This document shows positions 56,078 through 64,000 of a stretch of DNA of 64,000 bases, in pieces. The stretch's first letter is position 1; the number at the start of each line of letters is the position of its first letter. Source of the DNA: Planctomycetota bacterium (GTDB lineage: Bacteria > Planctomycetota > JACOTG01 > JAJDCM01); contig JAJDCM010000059.1 of NCBI GenBank assembly GCA_029260825.1, positions 13,098 through 77,097 on the forward strand, read 5' to 3'. Below the pieces are notes generated by a model. The model made no database searches. It saw only the letters and a list, made by a program, of their open reading frames with translations, and had not been told where the DNA came from. Both the position numbers and the translations under genes were made by a program.

Positions 56078-57817
56078 ATGAACCAAGCCACTGCAAAAGG
56101 ACAGACTCCGTCGCCACACTCGGGCAAGAAACTTCTGAAACGCACGATTGCAACGATCTTTGTGCTAGCAGCGGTCGCCGGAATCGCTAGCTTCTTGGTC
56201 CCTTTCCTCGAGAAAGACCCAGCCACCTATCCGCAAATATCCGCCGAAGTAGAAGGTGACGTAACCAACGTGTCGCCAGGAGAGGATGTCCTATTTCGCG
56301 TTTCCGCTAAAGCCAACAACTTGCCCCTTTCCGGCGCAGCGGTAACGGCCGAGTTCAGTACCGGCGATGGAACAGGGATCATGCAGTCCTTTGCCAGTGG
56401 AACTACGGACAGTAGTGGCGCATACCTTGTCCGCTGGACCTACCCGACCAGAGGCAGCGATGAATACTCACTACGATTCGCAGTTGAGAAGAAAGGGTAC
56501 AAACCCGGATACTGCACCATCGTCGCAACGTGCCTGCGAGAACCCGAAGACATCGTCCTGGAACTGTCGGTGATTCCCAATACCGTCGCCGAATCCGCTC
56601 AATCAACCATTACCGCCTGTGCTCTTGACGGCTCCCGGCAGCCGATTGCGGGCGCCCACATCCAGCTGCGTAGCACATCCGGTCAATTCTCTTCGTCAAA
56701 GACCAACTCACTGAACAGCCAGACGGATAGTAGTGGCAATGTCCAGGCCCAGTGGACTGCCCCCAGCATCAAAACCGCTACGCAAGTAACCGTGGTCGCG
56801 GAATGCACCAAGCCTGGATACATCAAGGCCCAGCAACAGCAAGTTGTTCGAATCCAATCACGCCCCCCCGACCCCCAGCTGAACGCAGTGATCCAGGTCC
56901 AGCCAAAGAATGTGGTTGCCGGGGAGCTAGCAAACATCGTCGTGGTTGCAAGGGGAACCGACCAAAGACCCCTACCCGGCTGCGACGTGAGAATCTCGGC
57001 TCAAGCCGGACAATTCGTCGGATCAAACTCAGGTTCACTCTTCGCCAAGACCGATGGACAGGGCGCCGTGAAGACCCGGTGGAGAATGCCGGCACGGGGC
57101 TCGACGTCCTATCGGATCACCGCAGAAGTGTCAAGAACGGGCTACCGCTCCAGGTCAATTCAAGAAACGGTCGCGCGAAAGACCCTACCCCTGAAAAACC
57201 TGGAGATCCGAATCTCGGCGAACCCCAACCCCATCCCCGTCGGCGGTCGAGCGACGGTCGCAGTGACCGTCTACTCCCACGAAGACAAGCGCCCGGTTTC
57301 CGGAGCGGACCTGGTCTTGAACTCGGGCGCTGGAAAGTTTTCCACCTCCCGCACGACAGCGTTGTCCGCCAGAACCGGGAGCAACGGAACGTTTCACACG
57401 GAGTGGGAACACCCCTCCGTCGCCTTTGATATTCAGATCGGAGTTAGCGTACGGAAGGCCGGGTTCAAGGAAGGGCGCTCAGACGTCATGATCAAGGCCC
57501 AGAGTACCCGGCCTCGCCCTCCCGCCCCTCTGCATCTCCGGATATCCGCAGCACCGGCTTCGGTGCGACCCGGGAAGACCACCCAGATCGTGGTTGCCGC
57601 GAGCGCCGGAGGACGTCCTGCAGCAGGCGCCGCCGTTCAGCTCAACGTGGGATTTGGCCAGTGCGTGCCTTCTCGAGGCGTAAGCGACTCCCAGGGGTTG
57701 TTTCGGTCCACGTGGATCTATCCGAAACGAGGAGCAAATGGCTATACGATCGGTGCTACAGCGAAGAAAACCGGGCACCTGGAAGGGCGCGGAAGCTTCA
57801 CGGTGAAGCGACGCTGA
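56078..57817 (+). CDS. Membrane-anchored protein with five tandem ~100-aa Ig-like (Big/invasin-like) repeats
   Basis: aaggagaag RBS. N-terminal TM IATIFVLAAVAGIASFLV. Repeats share GA.V.......G.F.....T...A.TD..G.....W..P......Y...A...K.GY. Confidence 0.75.
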   Translation: MNQATAKGQTPSPHSGKKLLKRTIATIFVLAAVAGIASFLVPFLEKDPATYPQISAEVEGDVTNVSPGEDVLFRVSAKANNLPLSGAAVTAEFSTGDGTGIMQSFASGTTDSSGAYLVRWTYPTRGSDEYSLRFAVEKKGYKPGYCTIVATCLREPEDIVLELSVIPNTVAESAQSTITACALDGSRQPIAGAHIQLRSTSGQFSSSKTNSLNSQTDSSGNVQAQWTAPSIKTATQVTVVAECTKPGYIKAQQQQVVRIQSRPPDPQLNAVIQVQPKNVVAGELANIVVVARGTDQRPLPGCDVRISAQAGQFVGSNSGSLFAKTDGQGAVKTRWRMPARGSTSYRITAEVSRTGYRSRSIQETVARKTLPLKNLEIRISANPNPIPVGGRATVAVTVYSHEDKRPVSGADLVLNSGAGKFSTSRTTALSARTGSNGTFHTEWEHPSVAFDIQIGVSVRKAGFKEGRSDVMIKAQSTRPRPPAPLHLRISAAPASVRPGKTTQIVVAASAGGRPAAGAAVQLNVGFGQCVPSRGVSDSQGLFRSTWIYPKRGANGYTIGATAKKTGHLEGRGSFTVKRR

Positions 57818-58099
57818 CGATCGGAACGTTGCAGGGTGAGCACAGGAACGAAGCGCATCCGATGCCCAAAACTTGACCGCCGTTGTGTTGTTCGATTTCT
57901 CCGCCAGAAAAAAGACGGCGGGCGACGCACCTCGGTGCACTCACCCACCACAACAGTTCAATCCAGACCGACCCGAGCGCCACCCGAAGGCGCCCGGCCA
58001 ATCGAGCAGGCCGAAGCCTTCGTTAGACCACACAGATTGATGCTCCTCTCAGTTCGTGAGCGAGTCGCGACCCTCCGAAGCTCGAAGAGCGTAGGCTGG

Positions 58100-60409
58100 T
58101 TACTCCACGCAGAGTACAATCGCGTTCGTTACGCTGAAATCCAGGCCTGACGCACTGCCCTGATCCTCCAGCAACCCCTGAAATGTGAGCTTGACCGGAT
58201 TGCCGATCCCCCCTGCTCGGGTCAGTGAGAACGGAGCTCGGGACGGACTTGGCATCTCGTTGGTATCCCGGCAGACAAGACCCGGCATCCCGGTCGACCT
58301 CAAACAGAACAATGGTTGCGGACCAATGGGCTGAAACGGCGTCGGCCTGGCAAAAGTCCCGATTTGGGCCCCCGCAGCCGTGAGGATATGGCCCTGAACA
58401 TTGCTCAGATCTCCGGGCCACACCCAAAGAGCATAACGAGCGTTCGCAAAAGGGCCGCTCGAACTTAAAGCCAAGGATACCGACAACGACTGCCCCGTTG
58501 CGGTCGTTACTGTGCGGTCGAGTCCTCCGTCGTCACCATTGATGCGCAGAACAGCCTGCCGCGTGCCCGCCCCCCCGAGATTCACGTTCCCGCTAATGGG
58601 ATCGAGAACAGAAAACCCGGACGATCGAACCACGACTCCATCCTGCTCGATGATCCAATTCCAATCTCCCTCCTGCGTATTCGCAAGATCTCTCACCGGC
58701 CACTGAAACCGCGACCATCCGTATCGTGTGGAACTCCCCACGGTGAACGAGAATTCATAGTGTGGAGGCGAACCGGGAGCGGGGGGAAGCAGCTTGACCG
58801 TGAACTCATCCGGCGACGATACTGTGCCGGCCCACTGGAGCCAGAACCAAACCAACTCACTCCCGTCAAAGGGGCCAATGAACTCGGAAACAACGGCAGG
58901 ACGTTCGGTGTACTCAAGCCGCGAAGGCGCGGAATCCGTCGTGCCCGCGTCAAGAATGGTAAGAGTGTTCTCCTGGTAGGGCCACCGGGCCATCCACAAG
59001 TACTCGCTGTTTCCGAAGTCGCCTTCGAATGGATCTACCAGATCGCCGTCTTGAACCTGTCTCCGATACGGTGGGTTCAGCACGGCGAAATGAAGGTGCG
59101 CGTCTGACGAACTACCGGAAGAGCCGACCTCTCCGATCTTCTGGCCACGAGTCACCGCATCGTTCACGGAAACGACGATGGAGTTCTGACGAAGGTGGGT
59201 ATACCAGGTACGCTGCCCGTTGTCGTGCTCGATGATGACCATGTTCCCGCTCCCGATACAGCTCCCTCCCGGGACTCCACATACGTTGCGGTCAAAATTG
59301 CCATCAATGGTCTCGACGACAACACCGTCCGCCGACGCAAGCACGGGTACTCCTTGATCCATCTGCTCAAAGTTGCGCAGGGTAAGATCGGTGCCATTAT
59401 GGTTGTCATACAACCAGGAACCACCGGTATGGTCGGTCATGCCTGATGTCGCATCGTGATCCTGATAGTTCACAAGAACCCAATCTCGGTTCGGAACTCC
59501 ACCTATCGGCAACCCAAGTTTCAAAATATCCGAGTCCGGAGCCTCCCAGATCGACAGATATCGGAGAACCCCCTCTTCGTCAGGGTAGGCGGCAATATCG
59601 AAAAGACAGTAACCCTGTCCGGCTTTCAGGGTGAAGAGATCTTGATACTCGGACGAAGACATGTGCCCCCAAGAAAACCGCACCACATCGGGCGTGGATC
59701 GCCAGACCTTCGTGAAACGGGCTCCGAAACCGGGTACTTCAAAAGCACCGACACTCTCGGGTTGAAGTGGACTCGGCGCAACCTCCCAGTCGAACTGGTG
59801 CCTCGACATACCATGACGACCCGAAAAGCCGGCTCCATCTTGATGCCAGATGGCAACGAAACGGACCTCGCCATTCAGAAGGTAACCCTCCACATCAAGA
59901 AGACTGTACCCGAGCCCCGCAAAGTGGCTGAACCACGTCTGATATTCAGTTGTCGTCATGTGGGAACGCAAGGCATGCACAACACCCGGGTCGTGGTGCC
60001 AGACGGCGGCGAAAGCCGGTTCACTCCCGTTTCCCGGGTTGTATCCACAAACCGACACGGGTTTGAAGCCCTGGTCTCGATACGTGATCGCGATCGTTTC
60101 GAAATCATTCCTCGATAACCCGACCTCCGTACGGCGATTCTGCGCCGGATCGTTGGAATTGAAAGGGCTCCAGATCGCACTGAACGAAGTGCTCCCACTG
60201 CTTGTTATGGCCGCATCAAGCTTGCTCGGCCGCCAGGAGTCCTCATATTGGACAAGGCGCTGGGAGAGCTGGGAGCTGCTCATTCCATGGTGTGCGACGA
60301 ACCCGGACGACGCATGGCCAGAACGCATCATCCCGAGCCCGGACCCGAAGGATAGGCCGCACAAGAGAGCGTGGATTCCAATCCGAAGCAAGCCGTTTCG
60401 ATTCTTCAC
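58100..60409 (-). CDS. Secreted M23-family (LytM/lysostaphin-like) metallopeptidase with three N-terminal aromatic repeats and shared CTD
   Basis: GTG start with AGGAGA RBS 6 nt upstream. Signal MKNRNGLLRIGIHALLCGLSFGSGLG. Three ~55-aa W...EYQ...GY.L.D...Y....RY.AIW repeats. M23 block VLASADGVVV...GNMVIIEHDNGQRTWYTHL...VTRGQKIGEVGSSGSSSDAHLHFAV. CTD at the C-terminus. Confidence 0.75.
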   Translation of the reverse strand: MKNRNGLLRIGIHALLCGLSFGSGLGMMRSGHASSGFVAHHGMSSSQLSQRLVQYEDSWRPSKLDAAITSSGSTSFSAIWSPFNSNDPAQNRRTEVGLSRNDFETIAITYRDQGFKPVSVCGYNPGNGSEPAFAAVWHHDPGVVHALRSHMTTTEYQTWFSHFAGLGYSLLDVEGYLLNGEVRFVAIWHQDGAGFSGRHGMSRHQFDWEVAPSPLQPESVGAFEVPGFGARFTKVWRSTPDVVRFSWGHMSSSEYQDLFTLKAGQGYCLFDIAAYPDEEGVLRYLSIWEAPDSDILKLGLPIGGVPNRDWVLVNYQDHDATSGMTDHTGGSWLYDNHNGTDLTLRNFEQMDQGVPVLASADGVVVETIDGNFDRNVCGVPGGSCIGSGNMVIIEHDNGQRTWYTHLRQNSIVVSVNDAVTRGQKIGEVGSSGSSSDAHLHFAVLNPPYRRQVQDGDLVDPFEGDFGNSEYLWMARWPYQENTLTILDAGTTDSAPSRLEYTERPAVVSEFIGPFDGSELVWFWLQWAGTVSSPDEFTVKLLPPAPGSPPHYEFSFTVGSSTRYGWSRFQWPVRDLANTQEGDWNWIIEQDGVVVRSSGFSVLDPISGNVNLGGAGTRQAVLRINGDDGGLDRTVTTATGQSLSVSLALSSSGPFANARYALWVWPGDLSNVQGHILTAAGAQIGTFARPTPFQPIGPQPLFCLRSTGMPGLVCRDTNEMPSPSRAPFSLTRAGGIGNPVKLTFQGLLEDQGSASGLDFSVTNAIVLCVE
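58103..58591 (-). other. Shared C-terminal domain (CTD) instance 5
   Basis: GNVNLGGAGTRQAVLRINGDDGG...RYALWVWPGD...IGTFARPTPFQPIGPQPLFCLRSTGMPGLVCRD...SGLDFSVTNAIVLCVE. Confidence 0.75.
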
Positions 60410-60641
60410 AAGACATCTCCTTGGTTTTCTGAGTTTCCGGCCTCGATCAGAGCCCACAGCTCTCTGCAGCTGGCGCCTTGCGCCCTTCCCGTCGAGACTT
60501 CTGCCCCCAAAACACGAAAACGACAAGAGCCCCGAACCAAAATCTGAATTTTTATCGGAGGAGGATGACCCCGGCGGTCCCCTGGCCAACAAGCCTCTCT
60601 TGAGACACCGCCTGACGCCCCACTTCCGTTATAATCCTGTC

Positions 60642-61244
60642 ATGGACGCCTCCCGCAACGACGAGAACAAACCCGACCCGATCGGCGAACAAGCAACGTC
60701 CCTCCTCGGTAGAATCGAAGACGGCGACCCACTTGCCGCCGAAAAGCTCTTGCCACTGGTCTACAACCAGCTCCGAGCACGCGCCGGAGCTTACTTTCGA
60801 GGGCAGCTCGCCGAACACTCTCTTCAGCCCACAGCTCTCGTCCACGAGGCGTACCTTCGGCTCATCAGATCAGGCGGGAGCTGGAAGGATCGAAGTCATT
60901 TCTGCGCGATCGCTGCCACCGCGATGCGTCAGATTCTGTTGAACCACGCAAGAGATCGACGGAGCCGGAACCGACCTCAGGGCCGGGTGGACATCCCCAT
61001 CGACGGGCTTTCCACTCCCACCGCCGCCCCCGCAGTCGATCTCATCGCTCTTGATGACGCCCTCACTCACTTACGGGACCTGGACGAAGCGGACGCCGAC
61101 CTCGTTGAACTCCGTTTCTTCACCGGCCTCACCGTCGAAGAGGTCGCCCGGCAAAAAGGCGTGTCCTCGCGCACGATCGAAAAGAGATGGCGTCGAGTCC
61201 GTGCTTGGCTCAACCGCGAGCTGGGCGAGGAGAACCAGAATTGA
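60642..61244 (+). CDS. ECF-type sigma factor (paralog of 8971..9471), STK-associated
   Basis: HSLQPTALVHEAYLRL (cf. HTLQPTALVHEVYIRL). Sigma-4 LVELRFFTGLTVEEVARQKGVSSRTIEKRWRRVRAWL. Divergent from the M23 peptidase gene. Its stop overlaps the TTG of the downstream kinase (TTGA). Confidence 0.85.
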   Translation: MDASRNDENKPDPIGEQATSLLGRIEDGDPLAAEKLLPLVYNQLRARAGAYFRGQLAEHSLQPTALVHEAYLRLIRSGGSWKDRSHFCAIAATAMRQILLNHARDRRSRNRPQGRVDIPIDGLSTPTAAPAVDLIALDDALTHLRDLDEADADLVELRFFTGLTVEEVARQKGVSSRTIEKRWRRVRAWLNRELGEENQN

Positions 61245-64000
61245 CCCCTCGCGACCGTTATCGCCTCATCATGGAACTCTTCGACGATGCATGCGAACTC
61301 CCTGCTGAAGAGAGATCTTTTTTTCTCGACTCCCGATGCGGCGACGATCTGGACCTCAAGAAAGAAGTCGAGTCGCTCCTCAACCACGATGCCGTGACCA
61401 GCGGCCATGCGGACGCTGCCGATCACGGTGCCGCAATCGAGGCCCTCGCCCTCGATATTGCCAGCAAAGACCAGGAAACCGCCTTCGTCCACCTACAACA
61501 AATCGGCCCCTATCGCATCCTTCGGGAAATCGCCCGAGGTGGCATGGGAGTGATCTACGAAGCCGAGCAGCAGGCTCCCAAACGCCGGGTAGCGCTGAAA
61601 GTCATTCGTCCCGGAATGGTCACCGCCGATCTCTTGCGCCGATTCAAACACGAAGCCCAGATCCTTGGCCGCCTCCAGCATCCCGACATCGCACAAATTT
61701 TTGAGGCCGGAATCGCCGAGCAGGATAACGACACTCTACCGTTCTTCGCCATGGAGCTCATCGACGGCCTTCATCTCGACGAGTTCGCACGAAGCCAAAA
61801 CCTGGACACCTCCCAATGTGTTGCACTCCTCGCCCGGGTCTGTGACGCTGTCCAGCACGCTCATCAAAATGGGATCATCCATCGCGATTTGAAACCCGCC
61901 AATATCCTCGTCTCCGACTCCCATGCAAACGCGTCACCCAAAAGCCATTCCCACGGCGTCACCACGACAAAAAGCCAGCGCCGAACCACAACCCTGGCAT
62001 CCGTCGGGCACTGCAAGATTCTCGACTTCGGAGTCGCCCGGGTCACTGATCCTGATTCCCATCTTTTGACCGCATCCACCGACATCGGGCAGATCATCGG
62101 AACCCTGGCCTACATGAGCCCGGAGCAAATCCGCTCCAATTCCAACGAACTCGATACCCGATGCGACGTCTATGCCCTTGGGGTTATCCTCTATGAGGTC
62201 CTCGCTGGAACTCGCCCCATCGAGGTCCGCGGTCTGCCAATCACCGAAGCCGCCCGTCGCATCGAACAAACGGAGCCAGCGCGACTGTCCTCCCATCAGG
62301 CCAACCTCCGGGGCGACCTCGAAACGATCGTTCACAAAGCCCTCGCCAAGGACCGAGACCTGCGATACGCAACCGCCGGCGAACTCGGTGCGGATTTGTG
62401 GCGCTATCTCCACGACGAACCGATCCTGGCTCGCCCTCCTTCCTCCGCTTACTACCTCACAAAGTTCGCCCGCCGAAACAAGGCCTTGGTCGCCGCTCTG
62501 GGAATCTCCCTTGCAGGACTCATCATCGCATTGATCGGAGTCACCCTCGGCCTGATCTCGTCGAAACGCCAGCTCGCCCGAAGCAACGAGATGAGATCCG
62601 TCGTCGAGGACATGCTCCTGTCGGCTCGCCCCAGCGAAGCCCTCGGTGAAGATACCGCCCTCATGCGGAGAGTCCTCCTCGAGACCTCAGACCGTCTGGA
62701 CCGGGGTGAAGTCAGGGATCCCAAAGTCGTGGGGGAGCTCCGCGCTCTCATCGCCTCTACTTTTCTTTGGCTCGAGGATCCATCGAAAGCCCTCGAGCAG
62801 CTTGATAAGGCCCACCCACTTCTCGCTCTGGAATTCCGTCCCGTTCATCCCGTAATTCTTGCAGCACAGGTCGACAAAGGAATCGCGCTCAGCCTGTGCA
62901 ACCGAACGACCGAAAGCGAAGAGCTCCTTCGAAAGACCTTGCAACATTGCGAACAAGAACTCGCACCCGATCACGCCCTGACTTTACGGGCCGCTGATGC
63001 TCTGGCCGCAACTCTCGGAATGACGGAGCAGTGGGCGGAGGCTGAAGAGTACCTCAAGAATATCTCCATCGCTCGAGCCCGACTTCTCGGCAACGATCAC
63101 CACGACACGGTTGATTCACTGCGCAAACTTGGAATGGTCTATGAAGGACAGGGGCGAATCAAGGATGCAGAACGACTTCTCCTGGAAGCCCTGGATCAAC
63201 AAGCCCAGCTTCGAATCACAAAAGACCCACGAGTCTTGTCCACACTCTGGACTCTCGGCACGCTGCTCGGCGAGAACGGACGACCAAAAGATGCTCTCCC
63301 ACTGTGGGAGGAAGCTCTTGAGGTGAGTGAAGCAAGCTTCGGTCCGTCCCACCCTGGAACCCTCCCGTTTCGGCAGATCCTCGGAGTGAATCTACTCGGG
63401 CTCGGTGAAGAAAGTAAAGGCATCCGTTATCTGACTCGAGCCGCGCAGATCGAAATCCTATCCGGACTCGCTCCATCCGAAAGCACAGTTATCCTTACTC
63501 AAACACTCCTTGATTCTGGCGCTCTCGATGAGTGCGAACGACTGGCCCTTGAGATCATCGAGTCGAACACCTCGGAATCCGATGAGACTGCCGAATTCGT
63601 CCGGATCATCTCGCACCTGACCGAGGTCTACCAGCGAACACGACGTCCAAAGGAGCAGGAACAGTGGACGCTCCTATACGTATCGTCGAGCAGAAGGATA
63701 CTCGGGGATACCGCTCTTGAGACGATCCAAGCCACGAACAATCTCGGCGCCCTCTACCTCGCTCAAGAACGTATTGAAGAGGCGAAACTCGTTCTCATAC
63801 CTGTCGCTACCGCCTGCTCCGAACTGGGAGACAAGGCGCCCGGTGTCGCCTGGGTTTGCACCCACTCCCTCGCCGAAGCCTACCTCGGCGCCTCCGAATG
63901 GGGGGCCGCAACGAAACACCTCGAAAACGCCATCCTCGGATACGAAACCATACTCGCTACCGGCGAGTACGATCGTCAAATTCCGGCGTTCCTCGATATG
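61241..64000 (+). CDS. Partial CDS (continues off-window): transmembrane Ser/Thr kinase with N-terminal sigma-binding-like region and C-terminal TPR repeats
   Basis: Own translation: the frame is open from 61241 to the window end, and it is not in the ORF track because it has no stop. Alternative ATG at 61269 (MELFDDACELPAEERSFFLDSRCGDDLDLKKEVESLLNHD, homologous to the N-terminus of 9485..12220). Kinase motifs ARGGMGVIY, ALKVIR, HRDLKPANILV, DFGVAR, SPEQ. TM ALVAALGISLAGLIIALIGVTLGLI. TPR-like C-terminus. Confidence 0.8.
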   Translation, partial: MTPRDRYRLIMELFDDACELPAEERSFFLDSRCGDDLDLKKEVESLLNHDAVTSGHADAADHGAAIEALALDIASKDQETAFVHLQQIGPYRILREIARGGMGVIYEAEQQAPKRRVALKVIRPGMVTADLLRRFKHEAQILGRLQHPDIAQIFEAGIAEQDNDTLPFFAMELIDGLHLDEFARSQNLDTSQCVALLARVCDAVQHAHQNGIIHRDLKPANILVSDSHANASPKSHSHGVTTTKSQRRTTTLASVGHCKILDFGVARVTDPDSHLLTASTDIGQIIGTLAYMSPEQIRSNSNELDTRCDVYALGVILYEVLAGTRPIEVRGLPITEAARRIEQTEPARLSSHQANLRGDLETIVHKALAKDRDLRYATAGELGADLWRYLHDEPILARPPSSAYYLTKFARRNKALVAALGISLAGLIIALIGVTLGLISSKRQLARSNEMRSVVEDMLLSARPSEALGEDTALMRRVLLETSDRLDRGEVRDPKVVGELRALIASTFLWLEDPSKALEQLDKAHPLLALEFRPVHPVILAAQVDKGIALSLCNRTTESEELLRKTLQHCEQELAPDHALTLRAADALAATLGMTEQWAEAEEYLKNISIARARLLGNDHHDTVDSLRKLGMVYEGQGRIKDAERLLLEALDQQAQLRITKDPRVLSTLWTLGTLLGENGRPKDALPLWEEALEVSEASFGPSHPGTLPFRQILGVNLLGLGEESKGIRYLTRAAQIEILSGLAPSESTVILTQTLLDSGALDECERLALEIIESNTSESDETAEFVRIISHLTEVYQRTRRPKEQEQWTLLYVSSSRRILGDTALETIQATNNLGALYLAQERIEEAKLVLIPVATACSELGDKAPGVAWVCTHSLAEAYLGASEWGAATKHLENAILGYETILATGEYDRQIPAFLDM

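Overview
This 64-kb window comes from a high-GC, densely coding bacterial chromosome. Its lifestyle signature resembles Planctomycetota/PVC-type or similar marine heterotrophs: ECF sigma / Ser-Thr kinase pairs, sulfatases, and many large secreted proteins. I support about 38 protein-coding genes and found no rRNA, complete tRNA or CRISPR.

Most of the content is a secreted and outer-surface degradative and adhesive repertoire:
- an M14 carboxypeptidase, an M23 peptidase, an endonuclease-I nuclease, a GH38 alpha-mannosidase with a PA14 domain, two sulfatase-fold enzymes, two di-heme MauG/CCP-like peroxidases, a Prc tail-specific protease, and SGNH and alpha/beta hydrolases;
- several FG-GAP and Ig-like repeat surface proteins.

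The regulatory content is two paralogous ECF-sigma / Ser-Thr-kinase modules, one with a C-terminal FGE-sulfatase domain and one with a TPR tail, plus a one-component ECF sigma fused to a transmembrane helix and a large extracytoplasmic domain.

The most striking signal is a conserved ~150-160-aa cysteine-containing C-terminal domain shared by five otherwise unrelated secreted proteins (LamG-like, two FG-GAP propellers, a nuclease, an M23 peptidase). It looks like a cargo tag, sorting domain or cell-surface anchoring module of a secretion/sorting system I cannot name.

Two real genes that run off the window edges are missing from the ORF track because they have no in-window stop: a HEAT+VWA protein at 1..1383 (-) and a TPR-tailed Ser/Thr kinase at 61241..64000 (+). 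Many listed antisense ORFs are GC-rich shadow frames, not genes.
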